DNA from: Balanoglossus misakiensis
Taxonomy: Eukaryota > Animalia > Hemichordata
Assembly (NCBI GenBank): GCA_040954595.2
Contig: CM082583.2
Coordinates: 6,322,849 to 6,386,848 of the forward strand
Length of the DNA: 64,000 bases
Direction of reading: 5' to 3'
A program made the translations under genes and the position numbers. Numbering within the stretch: the stretch's first letter is position 1; each line of letters starts with the position of its first letter. Below the pieces are notes generated by a model. It worked only from the letters and a program-made list of their open reading frames with translations, ran no database searches and was not told where the DNA came from. Below are positions 12,001-24,696 of this stretch, piece by piece.

Positions 12001-15000
12001 CTTTCACTGAGGGATTAGGGAAACTTTCAGAAGGGTTGTCAAAAGTTTACTTTAGATTGGGAAAACTTGTGGGTGAGATGGGGGGGGGGGGTTGAGTAAA
12101 CTTGAATAAACTATTAAATACCCTCCTCCAAAACCCAGGGAGACAAATATCATCTTACATGCAGATCCATCCCAACTTATATGTACCACCAACATCTTTT
12201 CGGCCCACATTCTACACCCATAGCAACATTCATAACATGTTCAATGTTACTGAAATCCATACTATGTATCTTCATTCTCACATGAGCAATACTCTTGCCA
12301 ATAGACTGGAACTAAAACTCTTGCAATAGGCTACTTTTGCACTATTGAGACTCACAGACTGCCATTAATTACAAAACCAGACTTCTCAAAGTAACAGACT
12401 AGGTTTGCCAAAATGACAGCTAACCAATCACTATTTTCTTTGCGAAGACAAGCTAACATAGCTAAAGCAACAACACCCTTACTTCAAAAGACACCACTGT
12501 GTAAAACCTAACAATGCCTCAAACCTAACATTTCGTCAAACCCAGCATTATATAAGTATCTAATTCCCCATGTACCAGAGGTCTTGTCATGATTGTACTG
12601 GGAGGCAAACTTATGCAGTCATCGCAAATGAAATCATGCATGACAAGAACAGGCTGGTGTGTTTTATAAAAGCACTGAATCAAGCATCGCGTGCATAATA
12701 TGACATACAGAAAATCAAATGTGTTTCAATATGCTGGGAGACAAACATGCAGTCATTGAAGATGAAAATATGCAAGACAAGTAAACAGGCTTGAGAGTTT
12801 TCTACAAGCACTGCATGCGTAGTAAAAGGCATAGAAGTTTGCATGTAGCATGATGCAAGCAATGTTTTTTAATTACATGCAACATATGATCGCATTGGTA
12901 GGATTTGTACAGTGTGATAAGCATAGCATAGGTTGAAACGCAGCTTGCCTAGCAAATGCTTTAACACGTCACACCTGGCTGTGTACCACAGATTCGGAAA
13001 CTATGCATGTTGTTATTAATATCATGCTACATGCAGTGCAAAAAAATCCACAATTCTCATGCAAACAGAGCAAATGAAATAAAAACAAAAAAGACAATAT
13101 GACATGCGTATTAAAAGAATTAAAGCAATAACGGGAGTTACATTTGCCAAATATTAAAATACTCGTACAATGTACATTGTACCTGAAGGGAAGGACAGTC
13201 GGGCCAGTATCAATTGCCTTGTATTGCATTCAGCTGTGTAGTCGTACGTGCTTTGCTATATTCACAAGATCAGTAAACAACAGATGGTCCCCCCTGTCTG
13301 ATGCAATACAGTTTATCTACCGCAATTCTGTCTAGAGCTGGAGTTGCCCACTGGAACACAGAATTTACTTTGTACAGGCCCTGGGGGATAACATATCATG
13401 CAGCGAATCGAAACTAAGATGTAAATTGGCACGATTTGGCAAATGTAAACTCCGCACAACAAAAAGCGTGACCTGCCTGTGGAAAATTGTAAGCTGGCAA
13501 TGCGAATGGTGGCTGTGGCTGCGGCTGCTCATTGCGACCATCGTCACCTGCAAATTGCGACTGATGGCCTTCCAACTGGGCAACAGAATTGGTGTCATCG
13601 TTAATCTCTGAAAATTCCTGACTTCTCCGCGTCGCCTGTTCATACTCGTAGCCAGTGTAGTCTGTGTCGCTCGCTACATTTTGTGGGGGGTTCACCTGAG
13701 GTACGTTTGCAGGGTAGCCTTGATCAACTTGGTACTGTTGCCGGTCACCGGCTCCTAAATATAAATCTGGCTTTTGATAATCCTGGCCAAGAGGCTGCCC
13801 TAAATTGTACCTGTCACCCTCTGGTGCCCTTGGCATTTGCAAGTCATACTGCTGAGGTTGTTGGATATCAAAGGGATCCCGGCCAAGAGGCTGCCCAAAA
13901 TCGTACTTGTTACCTTCTAGCTCCCTATTGGTTTCTAATTCATACTGACGTGGCTGTTGGATATCATAGGGTTCCTGGCCAAGGGGCTGCCCTAAACCAT
14001 ACCTGTCAACCTCCGGAGCCCGTGGCATTTCTAAGTCATACTGTTGGATTTCATTGGGTACAAAGGTATCACCTGGAAATGCAGGTTCTCTGAAGTTTAC
14101 TACCTCTTCATTGCGTTCCTCTTCCGCGTGGCGCTGCAGTTGTTCACCTTCTTCTCGGTCCTGCTCATCTTGCTGCTCCGAATGCTGCTGCTGATCCTGG
14201 TCTTGTGGCTGCGACTCGCCTCCTCCGCGCTGCTGTTCGACGTCCTGACGCGACTGCAGCTCCTGTTGCCGTTTTTCTTCTTCTTGCTGCTGCTGCAACT
14301 GCTCTTCTCGTTGTTGTTGATTCTGCTCTACAACGAGCAGATGCGCCTTCAAGTCCCGGACATTTTGCTCCAACCCTATCTTGACGTCAATACACTGTCG
14401 CTTCTCAATGTCACACTTGTCAAGGTCAAGAAGCAACTGGGATTTCTCCTGATTTAACTCCACATTGTTCTTACTCAGCAAGTCGCAGTCCTTTTGTAAA
14501 TTCTCATGAGCTCCTAAATAACAAATGAAACACACAAAATAACAGTTGTTTATGTCTTTCTCTACATCTATGACAAAACATCAGTGTATTGCAATGTTAT
14601 AACACAATTATCTCTTCCTGTGATGGGAAGCTTATTTAATACAGTACTGTACATGTGTACATGTATGTAGTATAAATATCGGGTATTTAATGGGAAAGAA
14701 CTTTTGAGAAGTGTCTTGTTGGCTATTGTGTATAAAATTAACATGTTTCGTCTCTACCTTTGATATCTGAAAGTCGATAGCCAGTTTCTGTAATGTTCCT
14801 CCGGTGTAGATCCTGGAATTAGAAAATCATTGACACCCAAACAAGGTCAAAAAAGTGCTACGTAATTTATAATAAGCATAGTACAATACATGTACATGTA
14901 GTATTTCATATAATCAAATGCCATTATTGGGGTACCATACATGAATGAAACACTTGTATTAATCAACAATTTGGTCTACAATGGGGCGTGAACTTTCAAG

Positions 15001-15896
15001 GTCTAAAGCAGAAAGTAATGGAGCTAGGTCACTTTCTTCAGTCTAACGTTTCAACAATACTTGCTCTAAAATTGGATTCACCTAGTAACTTAAGTTGATG
15101 AAAATGATCTGAATTGCCGGCCACCCATATATTTTACGGGGATACAATCCCGGGATTCTGTTACAGTATACGTTCGTAAAAAAATATGTACTAGTATTAT
15201 GACAATACCAATGTTTGGTGACGTGGCCTGTTTCGTGTTTGGTTCAGCCAAATACCCAGTCAAGCGAAGAGCAACAAAATCCTTCGCATTCAAAATTCCA
15301 GTGTCAACATTTTACTTTAAAAACTCGATACCATTTTACTGGGTAATATTCTAAAACTACGAGACAAACTTCGTCGTCGTCACCATAACGTACATTGCAA
15401 TTTGCATGTGACATGTGTACAGTACAAACACGGACACGTCGTGTTGGTTTCAGACCTCCCTGCAGCACTAGGCTGCAGCTGTGCCCCGTTAATCCGATTT
15501 ACGAGTTTATATATTAATGCTCACCAAACTGTTCCTGTACTCGTTGATTTCTGTTGCAAACTGCTCATTTTCCTTCTTTAATTCCCGGTTCTCCTCCTGG
15601 ATGTTGACGATTCTCTCCTCCAGGCTTGCGTGGAGTTTCTGCTGGTCGATCAGTTTCCTGTTAGCTCCCACCAAGTCTTGCGATATCACGTCGTTTCGCT
15701 TTTCCAGGGCTCCCTTCTTGAACGCCGTGGTTTCGTACTCCTTATTGAGAAGCGAATTTTTCGCAGCCAACTCCTTGTTTCTTGAGGAAACTGTCCAATA
15801 GTTGAAGGCAAGTATACATATGACAACTAACAGTCCAACAACCACGAAAGGTGGCGATCTTGACGGCCTCATCGATGAGCGATTGTTGGCTGCCAT
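9052..15896 (-). CDS. GOLM2: Golgi membrane protein GOLM1/GOLM2 (CASC4)-like type II membrane protein
   Basis: Exon 1 (15896-15525; alternative ATG at 15917) encodes SRSPPFVVVGLLVVICILAFNYWTVSSR (signal anchor typical of GOLM1/CASC4) and a coiled coil with LEKRN. Further predicted exons: 14812-14758, 14513-~13473/13477, 11945-11866, 11686-11649, 11486-11406, 11086-11067, 10397-10343, 9410-9052 (Asp/Glu-rich tail, TAA). The junction after the large exon is uncertain. Probably the single invertebrate co-ortholog of GOLM1/2. Confidence 0.85.
9778..9975. repeat. Degenerate ~30-bp minisatellite in the last intron of the GOLM-like gene
   Basis: Recurrent core variants GGGCAAAATAGCTAGCTACTG / GACAAAATAGCTAGCTACC / TATATCCAGCTACTG / GGGCAAAATATCTAGC. 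Confidence 0.6.
13778..14046 (-). repeat. Three tandem ~96-nt (32-aa) coding repeats in the GOLM-like exon
   Basis: QQYDLEMPRAPEVDRYGLGQPLGQEPYDI / QQPRQYELETNRELEGNKYDFGQPLGRDPFDI / QQPQQYDLQMPRAPEGDRYNLGQPLGQDY; at DNA level GGCCAAG(A/G)GGCTGCCC recurs every 96 nt. Confidence 0.9.
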
Positions 15897-15932
15897 GTTT
15901 CGCTCGTCTTCAGGCATGTTGAGGTGTCACAT

Positions 15933-15974
15933 CCAATGCGCATGCGCCTTTGTGCTACAGATGTTACTTCCGGT
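15933..15974 (-). promoter_or_regulatory. Housekeeping-type promoter motifs upstream of the GOLM-like gene (CCAAT, NRF1, ETS/GABP)
   Basis: CCAAT 15933-15937, TGCGCATGCGC 15937-15947 (NRF1 consensus) and ACTTCCGGT 15966-15974 (ETS), 40-80 nt upstream of ATG 15896 in a CpG-rich patch. Confidence 0.65.
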
Positions 15975-18084
15975 TTCTCCCGCATCTCACTTGTTCCCCG
16001 AGTTGTTTCCCCGAAAACACTCAAATTATTCAACTTTGCAATTCTGTATGCTGAATAGTTGACCCTCTTTCCTTTCTGTAATGTTTCAACTTCTGCTAGG
16101 CTCACGCTGTCGGTTTTCTCGCATGCACATGATGCATAACCAGTTGTAATTTGTTGATTTGAGTCATGGCCAAAAATCAGTTGCCCACGGCCGCTAATCA
16201 TGCAAACAAGCATACAAATTCGATTTAAAGGAGTACAAAAAATGTATCATCGCAGCCGTGTTTACGTTAGTCATATTTTATATACGAAATAGCATGTCGA
16301 CGTGCGTATGATTACAGAAAAGTTCTATATGTTGTGGCTCCAGTGGTTGCCAACGGGAAGGCGAACCACTGTGCCGCCCTCTTGAGGTAGGGAACGAAGT
16401 TTGTGATTGCTCACGCGTGCATGCTTGTTGCAGAGCAGAGTCTTACATTGTACTTCAGCCTGATTGTACTTAAAACTCTGAAAAGTAAAAACATGAAGCC
16501 ATTCAGAGATACGTCTTCATCAGTTCAGTGATAAGGTTTAATTGGTGTCCACACACGGGGCAATTAATTGTCGTAGCTTTAAGAAGAAACTTTACATATT
16601 TTTTTTTATTAATGATTGTCGCGTCGGCATTCCCCTCTCTTACTCCTGCTACGGCCTGAAAAACTTTGCAGTTCACCTTCCGCTATAAGTGACCTCAAAA
16701 TCAAGAATTGAGTTAGCGGGAAATGTTTGCTCAGCAGAGGAACAAACACTGCTATTATTACAGACACCAAGCAAACTTCTATGTCTTGTAAAATCAACAG
16801 TAGTTTTCAAACATTTGTGTTGATTCACGACAAATGTTTTATTCTGTAAAGAAACGGAGGTTTTCATCAGACGTGTCCATTCGCACACCATCAAGAACCT
16901 TAAAGGGGTGAATATACTTTAACTTGTTGCCGCTCCCTTTGTTCAAACACTGTTCGGTTTTCACCGAAACAGCCTCCCTGACAATACACCGACAACAAAT
17001 AGATGAAAACTAAACTGTCGGTCCGCGGATAATATACTCGCCATATAGACTGTTGAGCTGGATGTCTGGATTGTTGCCGTGCACTGACAACGTCCTAACA
17101 CTGACTGAGACCACAAAATTGTGGCGATTTTTACCCCTTTGCGGTACATGCGACGAAGCGATGAAATGTAATACGTGTATACACGGTGGTGTATGATACG
17201 ATCAAACTGCATGTCGCGTGATGGCACCGTCAGCAAATATTTGTAAAATTGTTCATTAAACGTTAGTTAACTTGTTTAAATATATGGAAATACCCGTACA
17301 TATATTTAATTGTGAAGCGTTATAAATATAGGTGCGTTTTAGTCATAAATGCAATGGAGCAATAATGATTACTGTATTTTTCAGTAAAATAATGTAGCTG
17401 TGTCACATTTTAGACTACCAGTATAATTCTTTTTTTGTTGATCTTTAGCATAAATTGGACGTTGTAAGTGAAGTGATCGTTTGTAGGCCGAAAATCAATG
17501 TTTCGCTGCGTGCAAATTGAAGTAAAACATGTTGAGACCAACACATGGAAAACAATGTAGTCGCCCCAGGCTGGTTTCACCAGTGAAAAAAATCGTCGGT
17601 CGAGTGTGACCGAACGACTGAAATAGCAGCCAGGATGTCAGAACTGAAACAAAGGGATCAGGACTGGGGAATCGTCGCAAAGTGATAAACGAGAAAGAAA
17701 TTATACGTCGGAATCATTTCGGGGCAAAGATTGGCAAACATTTCTGGTAATAGACTCTTTTCTCTGCAATTACATATGTATTAGCAGATCTGGAGTGGCT
17801 CGGCGAGTGTGTACAGGGTTCAGTTGCTGACTACTATACCTGGCGTTGGAGGGCCAACAACAAAAGCTACTTATCGTCGTGCATATCTGCATATGCATCC
17901 CAAGAAAGACACGGGTGGACCAACAAAGAACTTTGGTCGGTGCGTTTGTTTGCATTTCCACGGTAGCTGTATAATTCTGTGAGTTTTGTCTTCCAGCTCT
18001 GTGACTGTACACACACGTGAGCTGAAAGGGGCCAGGTAACTAATTGCAGTAACACGTACTACTCGTCGCTCCCGGAGGAACCTT

Positions 18085-18098
18085 AGTGACATAGCAAC
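18085..18098. promoter_or_regulatory. RFX X-box-like motif upstream of the Tctex1-domain gene
   Basis: AGTGACATAGCAAC (reverse complement GTTGCTATGTCACT), about 120 nt before ATG 18220; a second X-box GTTGCCATGGCCAC lies at 19343-19356 downstream. Confidence 0.5.
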
Positions 18099-18219
18099 AA
18101 GGCCGGACGACAGAAAGTGTCGTCTGCGTGCGAAGATAGAGCTCATTCGACAACAGAGGGGAGTTGCAGTCGATAGCGGCGACTCGACGGTTAAACTATC
18201 GAAGTCCCACAGGAAAATT

Positions 18220-18834
18220 ATGAACACGATTGCAGAAGGAGACGGTCAAGATTCTTCTCAGGGACGTCCACCTTCGCTTGCCTCTAACTTTTCGGCAGCG
18301 ATCATGTCAAGAAGAACATCGACCGTGTCCACGCCGTCGGAGGGCACGTCGACAGGGAAGACAGGGGGCGGCCTGGCTTCCTTTCGCCGATTATCCAAAC
18401 GCATGTCGATGTGGGGAGCACTGGGAAAAGCTCTCTCGGAGAAGGAGAAGCCGAAACCAGCAGTGCCCAAAGTGAAGATGGAAAACACGTACAGGCTGGA
18501 GCCGGATCCATCGGCGACTTTCAACACAGCTCGGGTGAGACGGATGATGAACAATGTACTGAACGCCCAACTCCAGGGAAAAGATTACGATCCCAAGACG
18601 ACCTCCATGTTGGCTTCTAAGATCTCAGACACCATCAAGCACAAGGTAAAACTGATGAACTTTAAGCGGCACAAAGTCGTGGTTTATGTCACGATCGGAT
18701 CAACGAACAGACAGGGAATAACTGTGGCTAGCCTGTGCCTCTGGGACACCAAAACCGACGACTTCGCCACGGCAACTTATGAAAACTCATCGTTGTTCGC
18801 GATAGCAACCGCGTATGCAACTTATTACGAATAG
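18220..18834 (+). CDS. Tctex1-domain-containing dynein light chain (TCTEX1D1/DYNLT5-like), single coding exon
   Basis: 204 aa. C-terminal Tctex-1 domain: MENTYRLEP..F....V..MMNNVL..L.GKDYDP...LASKISDTIK.KVK.MNFKRHKVVVYVTIG...QGITVASLCLWD..TDDFATATYENSSLFAIATAYATYYE. Ser/Arg-rich N-terminal extension with RRTS/RRLS/KRMS. The exact paralog cannot be assigned. Confidence 0.92.
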   Translation: MNTIAEGDGQDSSQGRPPSLASNFSAAIMSRRTSTVSTPSEGTSTGKTGGGLASFRRLSKRMSMWGALGKALSEKEKPKPAVPKVKMENTYRLEPDPSATFNTARVRRMMNNVLNAQLQGKDYDPKTTSMLASKISDTIKHKVKLMNFKRHKVVVYVTIGSTNRQGITVASLCLWDTKTDDFATATYENSSLFAIATAYATYYE

Positions 18835-20167
18835 AACTATCTTAAATTCCATTGTTTAACAATCTGTGTGTTGGTCAGCCTTATACACAGACAGTATAGA
18901 TACCATTTAGAAATGAACTGTATACAGGTGTGTACAACACTTTATGCCAAAGGCACTTGGCAGAAGACAGCGATAAATAATCATGACCGTCTGCCAGTTA
19001 TCGTCGTCGAGGAGACGTACCTCATGCCACCAGACTGATATGTGTATTATTTTCATATAACAACAATCACTTCAGCGATTAAGTCGTTTATCACACCATG
19101 TTTATCACACAACCGAAAACGAAGATATAGATATGAAGAAAACAATAGAGAATTCTTCGTGTGACGGCCGGGGCGTATATACCACGATGTTTATTATCTA
19201 CGCTGTTCCTGTAACAGCTAAACATTCTTCGTCCGTTTTGTTGTTCGTTGCGATTCTATTCAATTGATGCTAAATTCGACATGGCTTCAGGCGAGGCAAA
19301 CCGCGGTCGTGTTTACTCACAATTTAACAAAAGCGAGATCGGGTTGCCATGGCCACCGCGTTATACAACAACGACTTAATCTCATTACACGAGTAGATGT
19401 CTTCCGACGATAGCAATAACTGTCAAGTACATTAATTGATAAGTCACTATCGTCCCAGTATGAAAAGTCTAGATGGAATCCCCAGCCGAGTTGTAATCCG
19501 CCCTTGGGGAATGTAAGCTATGCTGTTTCGCCGTTCACCTCCTTTCAGGCTACAGATAAATCTCCGCGGCCGTACAACTTTGTGAATACAAGAACCACAA
19601 TGGATGTTGGACTCAAGTTGCGTAATTATACCACGGCAGGTTGACTCAAGAGTTTACCCGAGTTTTGTAAACTGATAACCAAAGATTAATCATTCATCGT
19701 GTCGTGAATTTCCACAGGCATATTTCGATGTAGATAAACGTTTTCTCGTTTCATGTTTTGTCAACATTATATCTTTATTATTATTAACAAATTGAAAGAA
19801 CACTGTAATCTATTATATGACTTGTGTTTTGATACCTACTAACGCTAATTTACCATATACAAACATTCTGTATTTGCTGAATAACGTAAATCAACATTTT
19901 TTGCCGAACCGTGACTTCGCATTTAACGCCGATCAATCGTGTACCTGATTCACGACGAAATAAAACATAATATAGTACCAGGTAATGATTATCGTGTGAC
20001 TCTTTTGTAAAACTAATGTTTATGTAATCATCTCATTAGTGTTTGACGAAAGCAGAAAATAGACCGTTAGTGCTGTTTTGCTGCACAATTAGAGAAGCTA
20101 TTGTATATGTGTGTTGTATGCCTTTGTAGCAATCAACGGTGGGGTTCAGTGTCAACACATTGCAAGC

Positions 20168-20259
20168 TTAACCCTTTCACCACCATGGTTCAGTCCAAAC
20201 CCATTGTTTTCTATGGTATGGTTGGACTTTTAAAGGGGGAATTGGGGTGAAAGGGTTAA
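20168..20259. mobile_element. Miniature non-autonomous piggyBac-like element (84 bp plus TTAA target duplications)
   Basis: TTAA(20168-20171)-CCCTTTCACC...GGTGAAAGGG-TTAA(20256-20259): perfect 10-bp terminal inverted repeat starting CCC, flanked by TTAA on both sides. Confidence 0.75.
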
Positions 20260-23200
20260 TGCTCGAGAAGGGGGAATTAATTTATAAGTATTTGGTAAAA
20301 AACGATGGATTACAGAAAACGTACCGTTGAAGGCGTACTCAAAGCCTGATTTTGCCACAATCCTCCCAAATACGATCTGGAAACGTCCATTGTGTCAGGT
20401 GTGAAACACTTAGAGCAAAATATTTTACAACGAAGGATCTCTGAAGTTGGATCTCTGGTTTCAGAATTGCCTTGGTTATAGAGTCTTTTCGGGTTATACA
20501 ATGGGATTAATTTATCAATATTAGCGTGACAACGTGATTGAACAGAGGACTGAAACGGAGGAAAATTCCCAACAAACTGTACACGAAATATGGCGACTCC
20601 GGAAAAAGAAGAAGCACCTTTATGACATCGACGATGTACACAGACAGATGTGCTTCTATAAGTTATTTCATTAACTCGTTAATTTTCACATCAGGACCAA
20701 TCAACGATGCCGTTTTATAAAACGGTTTCACAATGTGACCCTGCATTTTGAAGATTTCCCTGGCTGATAGGCCAGTTAAAATGATCCTGTAAATAAAACA
20801 GGAACGAGGGGGCGCCATACCCATTCCCCGGGGGTGCCACCATAGAGAAATATGCACTAATCCGAATCTATTTTAGGGTCGTCGTGCTCGGTCTAATAAT
20901 CACAGCCGGCAGCCCTACGTATTAGTTAGAGAATCCCGAGGTAAAATTCGGACGTCGTAATTAGGTTATCAATCATCCACTGGCGTTTTATGTCATGTGT
21001 GACGACCTACATTGTTCTCGTGTGGACGTGGTTTGTTGTATTACTCATTACATTTGAGTTGAGACGCAGAGATCAGGGTTTAATGTTTCTGAATCCAGTG
21101 TGATTAATGTGACATTGCATTGTGACAATAAGTTAAACGCGAGATGAATAAAACTACCTACTGATAACTTTTTCCACTCACTGAACCTCGTCACTGTTCA
21201 ACTTTTTCTGGAAAATGTTTTACGTGGCAAATTTTATGTACCTCGTCAGTTAAGCTAGGGGGTTCATCTATCCAGTTCGCTGTTCCCTTTTATAAAATTA
21301 TTGAATTAAACTTCCTCAATTGTGCTTGGATATAAGGCGATAATATGCCCTAGAAATGACGCACACCGTTGTATCTGCCGAGACTGGCTTAATTGGATGG
21401 CCCACGTTCCCCAACAATTCACTATATAGCAGACTCCCTAATCCGATGAAGTTTTTGCACCATGCCACCTGTTGACGAGTTTCCTTGAGTTCAATGTGCG
21501 GGTTCGGTGATACAAACTGACAATGAAGTACTGAAGCCGTGGTTTATCTACCTCCTCATGAAGTCACTTGAAACACGACGCATGCGAGTATATCAGTAGG
21601 AAACCATAAAACATATATTCGGTGCTAATTACAGCAACAATCCTGTCACGTTCTCGCTCTGGCACGCGGCAACTACCGATGCAGTGAGATATTTCGGGTG
21701 CTAATCTCGGTCAAATCTCGGGTCGAGTTCAAGTGACTGTTGTCGAGCTGCGATATGAAACGATACATATTTCCACGGCAGTTATCGCTGGTGTCTTTAT
21801 TGTGTCTGCACTAGAAACACTCGCGTCGTCGTCGGGCAACGCTGTCTTGACAACGGAATACGCGCATCATTACCAGGTTTGTCAATTTTCCAAAACACGG
21901 AAGGGGAGTGACTGAAATCCCGCCGTTGCTACCGATAATTACCTCAAACAGAAATTTGTTATCGAGAGAACGTGCAGGTGGGCGGAGTCTGTCGTCGGTA
22001 GCGTCAACAGCGCCGAAGTGACTACTATCTCTGCACCGTGACATCATTTCCGTCATATTTGGATCCTTTCTGTGAACTTATATACCTGTCACATCGAGAC
22101 GATCTTCATTAGTATACAACGCAGATTTTCAGTGCTGTGCCCTGGCGTAAAGTGAGCCTCTTGTGAGGTTAAAACGAATGAATTCCGCCAGTCGTGTCGT
22201 CTGATCAGGTTTCGGTAATCGATACAGTGGAATCTCTCAACTAACCAGGTATACTTCGACTGTTCCAGTCATCATTTGAAGTCGCAGTAACTGCAGGGTC
22301 TTGACTAGAAGACAGCAATCACAGTGAGTATGGCATTTATCAAAATCTTAGAAAATCCCCCACTATCCTTCACGTTTCTGATGAGTACTGATTCTGTGGA
22401 CTTATTCATCCTTAAACACCACTGACGCAGTCCAAAATCACATTGTCAAATTCAACGTACGATTCATACTTTCGCGATAAATTGCGTTGTATGAAATTCC
22501 AAACAGATAAAACGCTTATCCGATCCATTCGGTTTCGCCACATCTTTGGAATTGCGTGGACATTTCATTAGATGGTCGGTGTGTCTCGTCTATTAGTGGG
22601 GCGGCGACACCAGCTTTTGTGGACACCACCTGGACATTCAGCATTCCAGAATTCAGCGTTGGTAGTCACTTCCTGCAATGCAACCACAGCTTTAAAAGAA
22701 AGCCCACATAAGACTAATTTTCGCCGCGTTCCAACTATGTCCGATACAATGGCATTTAGGATACGAGCAAGAATGGCCCCATTGTTGCACGAGAACCGAA
22801 ATTGGTTGCTAATGGATTTAACACCGTGCTGGTGGCAATACCGTCGATCCAATTCTCACACACAATTCTATCTCACATGCACACATATCGACGTGATATT
22901 TGTTGAAGGTCCAAGAAAGATGAGGCTGATAGTTTCAGCTACTGATTCTAGTATTGTCAATATGAAGGGATTCTCTACACACTGAATACATTTTGAAACG
23001 CTTGTGGGTGTTTGTCTACCGAACGTCTCTACACAGTTTTTACGGATACGCCAGGGGCTGCTGCCGTCAGAGACGGTATCACGTTTCTTACAGCTATACT
23101 GCATCGGTGGCTGTTAGGGTTTCAGGTGGATTCATGTTTCCCATTCAGTTTCGCTACACGGCAACATTGAAAAATACAAACAAGGACAAAAAACACATAC

Positions 23201-24696
23201 TTCTTATGTCATAAATCAGCATGTGACGGCCGCGAGTGAAAACAGTCATTAATTTCAAACGCCCCAAGACCGAAGCGCCTGGTGTGCAGGTGTGTGACTT
23301 ATTCAGATCAGAAAAAAGGTGTTTCATTTAGTGTGTGTACCACGGTTCCGAATTTCCCCATAGCTGACAGGCTGGGAGACTGGGCGGCAGAGACACGACT
23401 GTAACCTACACGTCTTGTAGGACTGTCGCGTGAGTCGACAAATCTAGACACTGTCTTGTAACACGAGTTTCAAACACGGAACCTCCCGTTCCGAATCACG
23501 CAGCAAGGAAATCGGCGTACACAGCAAGTACTCGGCTGAGAACTGGCATTCTGGAGGAATAACTAAGTTCCGTTATAACGAGATTTCTCATCATCGAAAA
23601 CGGACGTACTAAATTAAACGGACTTAAACCGCCACCTCTTTTTTTATTCAATCGGAAGAGTAATCGAAGATGATAAAATATTTAAGAGTCTCCAGGGAAG
23701 CCTTATGCCCTATTTGTACAAACCTTTTTACACAAAACACACCTTTATCGCCTTTGTTGTTATTGCCACTCGGCCATGTCGATGAAGTTTGCCAATGCTT
23801 TTACAACAAGTGGTCTTAAGAATTGCTCGCATAGGGTCATAAAATGTCAAATGACAAAAATGGATGTTTTAGTAGGCAGTCAATAAGTAGATGCCAAATG
23901 GACGTCGTTTAAAGCAGAAGTCCCCAGTGTAATCAATCATGATCCTTCTGGTGACGCTGAATATGATGTCCGTCCTTTGTTTTTCTAATGTTTCTCAAAT
24001 TATTGTTTGTTGATAACACGGATAAAAACTGCGTCTTTAAGCCACTGAAGTTCAATACTTCGGGTCTGGAAAGTATAGTAAGCCATTTACTTCAATGCTC
24101 CTAAATTTTGATTGTCAACAACAGTATCAGGAAAAAATGGACTCTCGGAATGCCGGAAATGTAGACCTTCCCTGTGTGGTTGTCATCGAGAAACTGCATT
24201 CGGTATGATGACACGTATCCGTGTAAACTTCATGTGTCCGGGTGCAAGGTACGAAAGGTTGCGGATAAAAAAGTTGGCATTTGGAATTGCTCTAGGCATT
24301 TTCACTTAAGGAAGTTTTGCGACGCAAGATTTTAGAGGTAGAACCATGAAACGATTCCTTTAGTGCAGTGAACATCTGAACCACTTGTGACCATGCTTTA
24401 TTCAGTTGTTAGGCTACACTTCGTTACTCAGTTCTTTATCTAGTGACATGACGATACGATGCATTCACGAGTTCAATCATTTACATAAAGAATAGAGTGC
24501 GGATAGTGGTCCACTATATAATCGTTAGCAACCGATCAATTATAGTTGATATAACAGCAAATTCCTTCCAAATTCTGTTTTGCTACTTCAGGAAAAATGA
24601 GAATGGTATCTTTCGATTCAAACGAAATCATGATATTCTTATACATCTACTGCTGTGTTGTTGTTTTTTGCTGTTGTTGCTGTTATTGTTTCCCAT

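Noticed and set aside
16227-16582. Possible TTAA-flanked (Kolobok-like) MITE, TTAAAGGAGTACAA...TTGTCGTAGCTTTAA
   Set aside because: The inverted ends match only over TTAAAG and a few further bases; not distinguishable from chance without copy-number data.
21733-23214. Several 60-137 aa ORFs on both strands
   Set aside because: No recognisable domain, no coherent splice structure, and overlapping frames of random-like composition.
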